Of a stretch of DNA of 59,185 bases, positions 1-8,563 are shown in pieces (the first letter of the stretch is position 1; the number at the start of each line of letters is the position of its first letter). The stretch comes from Pseudomonadota bacterium (GTDB lineage: Bacteria > Pseudomonadota > Gammaproteobacteria > Burkholderiales > Burkholderiaceae_C). The DNA is taken from NCBI GenBank assembly GCA_021804595.1, contig JAJZHH010000001.1:1-59185 (forward strand), given 5' to 3'. The position numbers were made by a program, and so were the translations under genes. The notes under the pieces are model-generated. The model did not search any database, had not been told where the DNA came from, and saw only the letters and a list, made by a program, of their open reading frames with translations.

Positions 1-45
1 TTGAAAATCCGCGTGTCGGCGGTTCGATTCCGTCCCTGGCCACCA
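1..45 (+). tRNA. tRNA-Phe(GAA), 3' portion only (truncated by window start, or an att-site duplicate)
   Basis: Starts with anticodon loop TTGAAAA, then variable loop, T-arm GGCGG-TTCGATT-CCGTC and acceptor strand ending CCA (CTGGCCACCA). Confidence 0.9.
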
Positions 46-72
46 GAATAATTGTGCGACGTAGTTCGCACG

Positions 73-114
73 AAGCCGGAAGATCCTGAGAAATCAGGGC
101 CTTCCGGCTTTTTT
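73..114 (+). terminator. Intrinsic terminator-like hairpin after tRNA
   Basis: AAGCCGGAAG..CCTGA-GAAA-TCAGG..CTTCCGGCTT followed by a T run. Confidence 0.75.
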
Positions 115-204
115 CATTTCCAGGCTGCCCACTCCAGTTCTTGCACCGCCGGGCAGTCGTGACAGGATGATTTGGGGGCATGCCCTTCCAGAACACGATC
201 TTGG

Positions 205-585
205 TCACACGACGACGATCACCTTCCCGAACGGAGTCAGCGAAAGACCGGCCAACTTGAGATGCTGCAGCGCGAATGGGATCCCGATGATGGTTATGGC
301 ACAAAGCAGAGCACTGACGAGATGCCCGAGCGCCAGCCACCATCCAAAGAAGACGGCCCAGATCACATTGCCCAGCAATCCCAAGGCCGCGGGCCCAGCG
401 CCGGCAGGCTTGTCCACGATGTGGCGGCCGAACGGCCAGAAGGAGAATGTACCGATGCGAAAGGCCGCGATGGCAATCGGGATCCCGACGATGGTGATCG
501 CGCACAGCAGCGCCGCAAACCACCACCCCAGGCCCATGACGAACCCACCGAAGACAAACCAGATCAGATTTCCCAAAAGCCGCAT
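205..585 (-). CDS. yccF: YccF-domain inner membrane protein
   Basis: Twice-repeated motif GN(L/V)IW.(V/F).G...TI(V/I)GIP.A...(W/T)PFG typical of YccF. Confidence 0.85.
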   Translation of the reverse strand: MRLLGNLIWFVFGGFVMGLGWWFAALLCAITIVGIPIAIAAFRIGTFSFWPFGRHIVDKPAGAGPAALGLLGNVIWAVFFGWWLALGHLVSALLCAITIIGIPFALQHLKLAGLSLTPFGKVIVVV

Positions 586-726
586 CTTGACGCTCCTTTG
601 CTGACGTGTCCTGCAGAGCCGCTACGCTGCCCATCATTCATCGTGCCAACACGAGATGATCACAGCGGATGATGCTGGCGGCAAGGGCCGGGCGATGGCA
701 GGGTCTTGACTGCAAGGAGAGCCATC

Positions 727-1089
727 ATGGCAAGGAAGCTCGATGACATCATGGCCGAGCTTCCCGCGGCGCGCCGGCAGCGTGTCGAAACACGCGCCAT
801 GGAACTGGCCACCCTGAAAGATCTGCGCCAGGCCGTGCAGCAGACCCAGGAGCAACTGGCGGCCAGCCTGGGAGTGCGCCAGGACACCGCTTCGCGACTG
901 GAAAAGCGCAGCGACATGCTGCTCTCGACCCTGCGCCACGACATCGAAAGCATGGGAGGCACGCTCGAGCTCGTGGCGCAGTTCCCGAATCGGCCGCCGG
1001 TGGTGATCGAGCATCTGTGGGCGGACGAAGGTCCGACTCGCAAGCCCGCGGCCCCAGTGCGTAAAAGGCGGGCAGCGGCCTGTCCGTGA
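727..1089 (+). CDS. XRE/HigA-type HTH antitoxin (no cognate toxin gene)
   Basis: AGGAGA RBS before ATG 727; LKDLRQ..TQEQLAASLGVRQDTASRLEKRSDMLLSTLR..IESMGG.LEL.A.FP matches the antitoxin of phage-derived RelE/HigB pairs. Confidence 0.8.
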   Translation: MARKLDDIMAELPAARRQRVETRAMELATLKDLRQAVQQTQEQLAASLGVRQDTASRLEKRSDMLLSTLRHDIESMGGTLELVAQFPNRPPVVIEHLWADEGPTRKPAAPVRKRRAAACP

Positions 1090-1451
1090 GTTTTCCATGA
1101 TCACTCGGGCTCGCTTCCCGATAATAATATTTGCCGCGCGTATCGCCGATTCGCACAGGCCATAAAATCGGCTCCGCCGAATATTGCCCGGCCAAAAATA
1201 TATACCGCCGCATTCTTCGCGGCAGCAGCGGCAAGCTCCGCTCGCCCCGAACCCCGCGCCATCGCTCATTCCCGCGCGCCACCAGGCGCCGCAGCTCGCG
1301 TTTGCACATTATCAACGTGCGTGAAATACGCCGCTGACGGGTTAATCCGGAGACTGCTCGAATAATTTCAGCAAGCCCGGGTCCCGGTTCCGGCGCGATG
1401 GCCATGGACTGGCCGTTCCCTGTTTGCCGCAACCTCACCCGGAGCGACCCG

Positions 1452-1562
1452 ATGCCTCGACTTCGCGATTTCGCCTGCCGTGCCGCCAACGCCGCGCTCG
1501 GCCTGGCGCTCGACAGCCGCAGCGACCCGAACCCGATCCGCGGCCGCGCCTTCAGCCATTGA
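1452..1562 (+). other. 36-aa ORF (possible leader peptide or collapsed lipoprotein gene remnant)
   Basis: GGAG at 1441-1444, ATG 1452; MPRLRDFACRAANAALGLALDSRSDPNPIRGRAFSH*; its 3' end resembles the 3' end of the downstream lipoprotein gene. Confidence 0.3.
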
Positions 1563-1612
1563 ACCCCAAGCGCACAAGCACCTCGCCCCACCCGCCCCCC
1601 AGGAGACCCTCG

Positions 1613-3043
1613 ATGCAGATCAAACCCATGGCACTCGTCATTGCCGCCGCCTGCGCCGCACTCGGCGGCTGCGGCGGCGGCAGCAGCAGCTCGCCGAGCA
1701 GCAACACGAACACCGGCGGCAACAATACCGCGACCTACGCCGTCGGCGGCCAGGTCAGCGGCCTGCTCAGCGGCGAGACCGTGCAGCTGTTGAACAACAA
1801 CGGCGACGCGCTCCCGGTCAGCGCCGACGGCAGCTTCACGTTCCCGACGGCGCTGGCCGCCGGCAGCGCCTACAACGTCACCGTCGGCACGCAGCCGGCC
1901 GGCGCCAGCTGCTCGGTCAGCTCCGGCAGCGGAACGGTCGCAGCAGCGGTCAGCAACGTCGCCGTCACCTGCTCGCCGGTGCAGATGAAAAACATCGCGC
2001 TGTTCCTCGACGAGAGCACCGGAACGCTGCAGCCGTACAGCTACGACGTCGCCAGCGGCCAGCTCAGCGCGCTGCCGGCAGCGCCGAAAGGCCCGGGAAA
2101 AGCAGCCGACGCGGTGCTGATCGACGCGTCGGCAACCCACGCCTACACGCTGGGCAACAACAGTGCCGGCGCGACGCAGCTCTCGACGTTCACGATTGGC
2201 GCCGGCGGCGTCATCGCGGCCAGCGGTACGCCGCTGACCGTGACCGGGGGAGGCGTTTCGATGGTGTTGGACAAGTCCGGCCAGTATCTCTACACCCTCG
2301 GATTGACCGGTGGTCCCACAGGCCCGGCCATCACCACGTACCAGGTCAATGCGTCGACCGGTCAGCCGGGCCTGGCCAACACGTACACCATGCCGGCGGG
2401 CCAGATACCGACGCAGCTCTACGCCAGCCCGACTGCCGAAGTCCTGTACGCGCTCAACCCTGGCAATACATCGGTTTCAACCTTCAGCATCGCCACCACC
2501 GGCAACGTCTCCCCAACCGGGTCGCCCATCGCCACCGGCAAGGCCCCGAGGGCGATGGCGATGACGTCCGACGGCAAGTACGCGTACGTCGCGAACCAGG
2601 GCGACGAGACGGTGTCGATCTACGCCGTCGCGGCCGACGGCACGCTGAGCGCCGCCACCACGCCGACGGCCACCGTGGACGTTCCCGGCATCACCGGGCC
2701 TCTCGGTGCTTCGCCCGTCTCGATCGCGATTGACCCGAGCAACCACTATCTCTACGTCGGCGACACCGGCGACCAACTGATCTACCAGTTCCAGATCGAC
2801 CCGACCACCGGCGCGTTGAAACGGCTGCCGACACCGACCATCGCGAGCGCTGCGGCTCCCAAACAGTTGTCGATTGTCGGCGACTCGACGACCGGTACCG
2901 TGCTCTACGCCACCGACACGGCGAACGGCGCGGTCTCCGCATGGACCGTCAACTCGGCCACCGGTCAGTTGTCGGGGTCCAAGCTGTCATCGGTCACCGT
3001 GAACGCCGGGCAGGCGCTCGTCGGTCCTGCATTCGGCCATTGA
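1613..3043 (+). CDS. Lipoprotein 1: Ig-like module + lactonase/YVTN-like beta-propeller (476 aa)
   Basis: AGGAG RBS; lipobox LGG-C then Gly/Ser tether; GGQVSGL..NNNGD..GSFTF..Y.V.V.TQP..C..V.C module; blade motifs MTSDGKYAYVAN, IDPSNHYLYV. Confidence 0.85.
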   Translation: MQIKPMALVIAAACAALGGCGGGSSSSPSSNTNTGGNNTATYAVGGQVSGLLSGETVQLLNNNGDALPVSADGSFTFPTALAAGSAYNVTVGTQPAGASCSVSSGSGTVAAAVSNVAVTCSPVQMKNIALFLDESTGTLQPYSYDVASGQLSALPAAPKGPGKAADAVLIDASATHAYTLGNNSAGATQLSTFTIGAGGVIAASGTPLTVTGGGVSMVLDKSGQYLYTLGLTGGPTGPAITTYQVNASTGQPGLANTYTMPAGQIPTQLYASPTAEVLYALNPGNTSVSTFSIATTGNVSPTGSPIATGKAPRAMAMTSDGKYAYVANQGDETVSIYAVAADGTLSAATTPTATVDVPGITGPLGASPVSIAIDPSNHYLYVGDTGDQLIYQFQIDPTTGALKRLPTPTIASAAAPKQLSIVGDSTTGTVLYATDTANGAVSAWTVNSATGQLSGSKLSSVTVNAGQALVGPAFGH

Positions 3044-3059
3044 ACGCCCTCGGCCAAGG

Positions 3060-3679
3060 CAACACCCGGCTTTCGAACTCGGCCCGCCGCGAAGGCGGGC
3101 TGCACCCCACCTCAGGAGCCCCACGATGAAAATCCAACCGATGGCCCTCGTCATCGCCGCCGCCTGTGCCGCCCTCGGCGGCTGCGGCGGCGGCAGCAGC
3201 ACGCCGAGCAGCAGCCCGACCACCGGCGGCAACACCGGCGCCAACACGCCCGCGACCTACGCCGTCGGCGGCCAGGTCAGCGGCCTGCTCAGCGGCGAGA
3301 CCGTGCAGCTGTTGAACAACAACGGCGACGCGCTCCCGGTCAACGCCGACGGCAGCTTCACGTTCGCCACCCAGCTGGCCGCCGGCAGCCCCTACAACGT
3401 CACCGTCGGCACCCAGCCGGGCGGCGCCAGCTGCTCGGTCAGCGCCGGCAGCGGCACCGTCGCCGGCACGGTCAGCAACGTCGCCGTCACCTGCTCGCCG
3501 GTGTTGCTGAAAAACATCGCGCTGTTCCTCGACAGCACCGCCGGCACGATCCTGACCTACGCCTACGATGCCGCCAGCGGCCAGCTCACCGGGCTTGCCG
3601 GGCCCGACCTCAGCGCCGGCGCGGGCTCCAACGCCATCCTCGTCGACGCTTCGGCGACCCACGCCTATACGCTGACCCC
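3060..3679 (+). repeat. Direct repeat copy A (leader + 5' part of lipoprotein 2)
   Basis: Colinear and near-identical to 4719-5338 (offset 1659 bp); the coding part also matches 1613-2011. Confidence 0.95.
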
Positions 3680-4598
3680 GCACAACAGCACTACCGGAGC
3701 CCAGCCGCAGCTGGCGGCGTTCAAGATCGGCCGTGGCGGCGTGCTCACCGCCAACGGCGTGCAAACGCTGGCGGCGGACGGACAAGCCGCCGCGCTCGAC
3801 GTCGCGGGGGACACCCTGTATGTGCTGCAAGCCCCGGTCTCGACCGGCCAGGCGGCGACGATCATGACTTATCCGATCGATCCGAGCACCGGCGCGATCA
3901 ACGCGAAGGCCGGCTCGCCAGCGGTATTGTCGACTACGACGAATAGGCTATACCGCAGCCCTGGCGCCGACTATGTGTACGCGCTCGACCCAGACGGCGG
4001 CGCGGCAACCGGGACCGTCACGACCTTCGCCATCGGTGCCAACAGCGCCAACACCACCACCAAGCAGCCCACGCCAGTGGGCACCGCCGTGGCGACCGGC
4101 GCTATTCCGATCGCAATGGCGATCACGCCGAACGGCAAGTTCGCTTACATCCTCAATTATTTCGACGACACGGTGTCGATGTACACCGTCGGCGCCGACG
4201 GCTCGCTCACCCCGCTTAGCCCCTCCCCAACGTTCGCCCTGACGCTGGACTCAGCAATGCCCAAAACTGCGCAATTGCGGTCAATGGCGATCGACCCGAG
4301 CGGTCAGTACCTGTACGTCTACGACAAAGGCAATGGCGCCATCTACTCGCTCACGATCGACGCGAACAACGGCACCCTGAAGGAGCTTTCCCCGACGCCG
4401 ATGGTGGTCCCCGGCGGCATCGACGCCAAGCTCTCGATGGTCGGCGACACGACCGGCGCGACGGTCCTTCTCGTCAACAAAGGCGAGGTCCAGGCGCTGA
4501 CGCAGGACGCAAGCACCGGCCAGCTGTCGCCGGCCAAGACGTCGGGCTACACGTTCAACTCCGGCACCACGATCGGTGCGGCCGCATTCGGCAAGTAA
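3126..4598 (+). CDS. Lipoprotein 2: Ig-like module + beta-propeller (paralogue)
   Basis: Same lipobox and N-terminal module; blades ITPNGKFAYILN, IDPSGQYLYV. Confidence 0.85.
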   Translation: MKIQPMALVIAAACAALGGCGGGSSTPSSSPTTGGNTGANTPATYAVGGQVSGLLSGETVQLLNNNGDALPVNADGSFTFATQLAAGSPYNVTVGTQPGGASCSVSAGSGTVAGTVSNVAVTCSPVLLKNIALFLDSTAGTILTYAYDAASGQLTGLAGPDLSAGAGSNAILVDASATHAYTLTPHNSTTGAQPQLAAFKIGRGGVLTANGVQTLAADGQAAALDVAGDTLYVLQAPVSTGQAATIMTYPIDPSTGAINAKAGSPAVLSTTTNRLYRSPGADYVYALDPDGGAATGTVTTFAIGANSANTTTKQPTPVGTAVATGAIPIAMAITPNGKFAYILNYFDDTVSMYTVGADGSLTPLSPSPTFALTLDSAMPKTAQLRSMAIDPSGQYLYVYDKGNGAIYSLTIDANNGTLKELSPTPMVVPGGIDAKLSMVGDTTGATVLLVNKGEVQALTQDASTGQLSPAKTSGYTFNSGTTIGAAAFGK

Positions 4599-4605
4599 GC
4601 GGCAA

Positions 4606-4634
4606 CGCGGCGGGGCGGGGCGAGCCCCGCCGCG
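4606..4634 (+). terminator. GC hairpin after lipoprotein 2 (no U-tract)
   Basis: CGCGGCGGGGC / GCCCCGCCGCG stem. Confidence 0.45.
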
Positions 4635-4718
4635 GGGTCGATCGCGATCGATCCGACCCATCGCCCTCTTAGATCGGCGACTCGACGGCGTTCGGCCGTC
4701 GAACGCCGTCGGGCGCGA

Positions 4719-5338
4719 CAACGCCCGGCTTTCGAACTCGGCCCGCCGCGAAGGCGGGCCGCACCCCACCTCAGGAGCCCCACGATGAAAATCCAACCGA
4801 TGGCCCTCGTCATCGCCGCCGCCTGCGCCGCACTCGGCGGCTGCGGCGGCGGCAGCAGCACGCCGAGCAGCAGCCCGACCACCGGCGGCAACACCGGCGC
4901 CAACACGCCCGTGACCTACGCCGTCGGCGGCCAGGTCAGCGGCCTGCTCAGCGGCGAGACCGTGCAGCTGTTGAACAACAACGGCGACGCGCTCCCGGTC
5001 AACGCCGACGGCAGCTTCACGTTCGCCACCCAGCTGGCCGCCGGCAGCCCCTACAACGTCACCATCGGCACGCAGCCGGGCGGCGCCAGCTGCTCGGTCA
5101 GCGCCAGCAGCGGCACCATCGCCGGCACGGTCAGCAACGTCGCCGTCACCTGCTCGCCGATGTTGCTGAAAAACATCGCGCTGTTCCTCGACAGCGCCGC
5201 CGGCACGATCCTGACCTACGCCTACGATGCCGCCAGCGGCCAGCTCACCCCGCTCGCCGGCCCCGACCTCAGCGCCGGCGCGGGCTCCAACGGCATCCTC
5301 GTCGACGCCTCGGCCACCCACGCCTACACGCTGACCCC
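4719..5338 (+). repeat. Direct repeat copy B (leader + 5' part of lipoprotein 3)
   Basis: Near-identical to 3060-3679. Confidence 0.95.
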
Positions 5339-6263
5339 AGGCAACGGCACCGGAGCGGCGCCACGACTGGCGGCGTTCACGATCGGTCTTGGCGGCGTGC
5401 TCACCGCCAACGGCGTGCAAACGCTGACGAGCGACGCGCTGGATGCCACGCTAGACGTTGCGGGGGATACCCTGTATGTGCTGCAAGCCCCGGTGAAAGT
5501 CGGCCAGGCCGCGACGATCATGACCTATCCGATCGACCCGAGCAGTGGAGCGGTCGGCGCGCAAGTCGGCACCGCGACCGTATTGCCGTCCACCGCCGAT
5601 CTGTTGTACCGCAGTCCAGTCGCCGATTATCTGTACGCGATCGCGGCAGATGCCGGCTCCACAGGATTAGGTGATGATTCGGTCACCGCCTACGGCATCG
5701 GCACCAACGGCGCGTCCACCACCGGGCAGCCGAAGCCCGTGGGCACCGCTGTCGCCACCGGAATTGGCCCCACCGCGATGGCGATCACGCCAGACGGCAA
5801 GTACGCGTACATCCTCAACAACAACGACCGCACGGTGTCGATCTACACCGTCGGCACCGACGGCTCGCTCACAGCGCTTGGCGCCGGCTCGCCTTTCGCT
5901 GTGCCGCTGGGCACCGCGTCGCCAGCCGCCCCGCAACTGACAGCGATGGCGATCGACCCGAGCGGCCAATACCTGTACATCAACGACATCGCCAACGGCG
6001 ACATCTACCAGCTCAAGATCGATTCGAACAACGGCACCCTCACCGCGCTCGGCACGCCACCGGTTGCTCTTGGCACCCCCAACGCCGGAATCAACATGGT
6101 CGGTGACTCGACCGGCGCGACGCTCTACGCCTTCGACCGGAACGGAGGCGGGGTCAGCGTGTGGACGCAGAACGCGAGCACCGGCCAGCTGTCGCCGGCC
6201 AGGCTGTCGAGCTTCACGTTCCCCACCGGCACCGCGGTCTCTACAAACGCGTTCGGCAAGTAA
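4785..6263 (+). CDS. Lipoprotein 3: Ig-like module + beta-propeller (paralogue)
   Basis: Same lipobox and N-terminal module; blades ITPDGKYAYILN, IDPSGQYLYI. Confidence 0.85.
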   Translation: MKIQPMALVIAAACAALGGCGGGSSTPSSSPTTGGNTGANTPVTYAVGGQVSGLLSGETVQLLNNNGDALPVNADGSFTFATQLAAGSPYNVTIGTQPGGASCSVSASSGTIAGTVSNVAVTCSPMLLKNIALFLDSAAGTILTYAYDAASGQLTPLAGPDLSAGAGSNGILVDASATHAYTLTPGNGTGAAPRLAAFTIGLGGVLTANGVQTLTSDALDATLDVAGDTLYVLQAPVKVGQAATIMTYPIDPSSGAVGAQVGTATVLPSTADLLYRSPVADYLYAIAADAGSTGLGDDSVTAYGIGTNGASTTGQPKPVGTAVATGIGPTAMAITPDGKYAYILNNNDRTVSIYTVGTDGSLTALGAGSPFAVPLGTASPAAPQLTAMAIDPSGQYLYINDIANGDIYQLKIDSNNGTLTALGTPPVALGTPNAGINMVGDSTGATLYAFDRNGGGVSVWTQNASTGQLSPARLSSFTFPTGTAVSTNAFGK

Positions 6264-6270
6264 GCCGTGA

Positions 6271-6310
6271 CGCGCGGCGGCGGCGGGGCGAGCGCCGCCG
6301 CCGCCGCGCG
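6271..6310 (+). terminator. GC hairpin after lipoprotein 3 (no U-tract)
   Basis: 16-bp perfect stem CGCGCGGCGGCGGCGG / CCGCCGCCGCCGCGCG; related to the hairpin after gene 2. Confidence 0.5.
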
Positions 6311-6355
6311 GGAGCACAATGCGGGGTATGCGGCACGCGCCGCGCCCCGCCCCCG

Positions 6356-7066
6356 ATGCCGATGACCGCCCGAGCCGATGCCGGCGCCGACGCGCGCCGT
6401 TTCGTACGTGCCCACCCTCAGGGCGTGCTGTCGACGCTGTCGCAGCGCCACGACGGGACACCCTACGGCTCGATCACCCCGTTCGTGCTCGACCACGCCG
6501 GCTGCCCGCTGATCCTGGTCTCCAGCCTGGCCGAGCACACGCGCAACCTCGACGCCGACGCGCGCTGCAGCCTGCTCGTGCACCCGTGCGCGGCCGACGC
6601 TCAGGCCGCCGGCCGCGTCACCGTGCTCGGCCGCGCGCAGCGCGGCGGCGACAAGGCCGCGCTGGGGCCTCGCTACCTGCGCTACGTTCCCGGCGCCGCC
6701 GGTCACTTCGAGCTGCCCGACTTCCACTTCTGGCGCATCGTTCCCGACGCCATACGGTCGATCGCCGGCTTCGGTCGCGCACGCTGGGTCGACGCCGCGG
6801 CGTTCGCGCCGCCGCCGAACCGCGTCGGAGAGGCCGAGGAGGCGATCGTCGCGCAATGGAACGCCGAGCGCGCCGACGCGCTGCGTGCATGCGCCCAGCG
6901 ACACGGCGCGCGCGACGCGCACCAGGTGCGCTTGCTCGGCGTCGACGTCGACGGCGCCGACCTGCGCGCCGACGGTGCGCAGCTGCGCGTCGACTTCGGG
7001 CATCCCGCAGCCGACGGCGACGCGGTGCGCGCGGCGCTGGCCGCGCTGTGCGGCGAGGCCGGCTGA
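6356..7066 (+). CDS. HugZ/pyridoxamine 5'-phosphate oxidase-like split-barrel protein with C-terminal DUF2470-like domain
   Basis: GVLSTLS..GTPYGS..LILVSSLAEHTRNL..D.RCSLLV; GFGRARWV; LLGVDVDGADL. Confidence 0.8.
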   Translation: MPMTARADAGADARRFVRAHPQGVLSTLSQRHDGTPYGSITPFVLDHAGCPLILVSSLAEHTRNLDADARCSLLVHPCAADAQAAGRVTVLGRAQRGGDKAALGPRYLRYVPGAAGHFELPDFHFWRIVPDAIRSIAGFGRARWVDAAAFAPPPNRVGEAEEAIVAQWNAERADALRACAQRHGARDAHQVRLLGVDVDGADLRADGAQLRVDFGHPAADGDAVRAALAALCGEAG

Positions 7067-8559
7067 TGCGCGACGACGCCCTCGCCGAGCTCGACGCCTG
7101 CGCGCTGGCCGCGCTGATCGCGCGCGGCGAAGTCAGTGCCGCCGAAGTGCTCGAGTCGACGCTGCGCCGACTCGACGCGGTGAACCCCAGCCTCGGCGCC
7201 GTCGTGTTCGACTGGCGCGAGCAGGCACGCGAACAGTTGCGCGCCGCGCCGACCGGCGCCTTCGCCGGCGTGCCCTTCCTGCTCAAGGACATCGGCCAGG
7301 ACCTGGCCGGGCTGCCGGCCACGCTGGGCTCGCGCGCGCTGCGCGGCGTGCGCGCCGCGCAGGATGCCGCGCTGGTGCGGCGCTGGACCTCCTCCGGCCT
7401 GCTCGTGCTGGGCAAGACCAGCGTGCCCGAGTTCGGCTTGAAGGCGGTGACCGAGAGCGCCTTGTTCGGCCCCTGCCGCAACCCGTGGAATCCGCGCCTG
7501 AGCCCGGGCGGCTCGTCGGGCGGCGCGGCGGCCGCGGTCGCCGCGCGCATCGTGCCGGCGGCCGGCGCGTCCGATGGCGGCGGCTCGATCCGCATTCCGG
7601 CGGCCTATTGCGGCCTGGTCGGGCTCAAGCCGTCGCGCGGCCGCGTCAGCGACGCGCCGCTGGCCGGCGAGCTGTGGGACGGCGCCGTGTGCAGCCACGC
7701 GCTGACGCGCAGCGTGCGCGACAGCGCCGCGCTGCTCGACGTCGCCTGCGGCGCCGAGCCCGGCGACCCGTACGAAGCGGCGGCGCCGCGGCGCCGCTAC
7801 CTCGACGAGGTCGGCGCCGACTGCGGCGTGCTGCGCATCGGCGTCACCGCCGAGTCGCCGCTGGGCGGCGCGGTGCACCCGGAGATGCGCGCCGCGGTCA
7901 ACGCCGCCGCCGAGCTGCTGCAGCAGCTCGGCCACCGCGTCGAGCCGGCGGCACCGCGCATCGACGGCGCCGCGCTGGCGCGCGCCTACCTGACGATGGT
8001 CTACGGCCAGACCGCGGCGCTGCTGCGCTGGTGCCGCGACGTGCACGGCGCGCGCGACGCCGACTTCGAACTCGACACGCGCGCGCTGGCCGCGCTCGGC
8101 GAGTCGCTGCCGGCCGCGGCCTACGCGCTGCAACGCCAGCAGTGGAACGGGTTCGCACGCGCGCTGGCCGCGTTCCACGCCGACCACGACCTGCTGCTGA
8201 CGCCGACCACCGCGCAGCCGGCGCCGGCCATCGGCGAACTCGACACGCCGCCGGCGGCGCGCGCCGCGCTGCGCGCACTGCTCGCGCTGGGCCTGGGCGG
8301 GCTGCTGCGGCGCGCAGGCGCGGTCGACGAGCTTGCGCAGCGCAGCCTGGCGCGAACCCCCTTCACCCAGCTCGCCAACCTGACCGGGACCCCGGCGATT
8401 TCGCTGCCGCTGCACTGGGGCGCCGACGGCATGCCGGTCGGCGTGCAGCTGCACGCCGCCTGGGGCCGCGAGGACCTGCTGCTGCGCGTGGCCGCGCAGC
8501 TTGAGCTCGCGCGGCCGTGGCGGCACCACCGCCCGCCGCTGCCCGCCCGCGGGGATTGA
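7066..8559 (+). CDS. Amidase (amidase signature family)
   Basis: GVPFLLKD, PGGSSGGAAAAV, GASDGGGSIRIPA; start overlaps the upstream stop (TGATG). Confidence 0.92.
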   Translation: MRDDALAELDACALAALIARGEVSAAEVLESTLRRLDAVNPSLGAVVFDWREQAREQLRAAPTGAFAGVPFLLKDIGQDLAGLPATLGSRALRGVRAAQDAALVRRWTSSGLLVLGKTSVPEFGLKAVTESALFGPCRNPWNPRLSPGGSSGGAAAAVAARIVPAAGASDGGGSIRIPAAYCGLVGLKPSRGRVSDAPLAGELWDGAVCSHALTRSVRDSAALLDVACGAEPGDPYEAAAPRRRYLDEVGADCGVLRIGVTAESPLGGAVHPEMRAAVNAAAELLQQLGHRVEPAAPRIDGAALARAYLTMVYGQTAALLRWCRDVHGARDADFELDTRALAALGESLPAAAYALQRQQWNGFARALAAFHADHDLLLTPTTAQPAPAIGELDTPPAARAALRALLALGLGGLLRRAGAVDELAQRSLARTPFTQLANLTGTPAISLPLHWGADGMPVGVQLHAAWGREDLLLRVAAQLELARPWRHHRPPLPARGD

Positions 8560-8563
8560 CGCG

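Noticed and set aside
3044-6310. Lipoprotein array as integron cassettes, a CRISPR array or a DGR target
   Set aside because: No convincing RYYYAAC/GTTRRRY attC ends, no short repeat-spacer pattern, no integrase or reverse transcriptase in the window; the repeats extend deep into coding sequence
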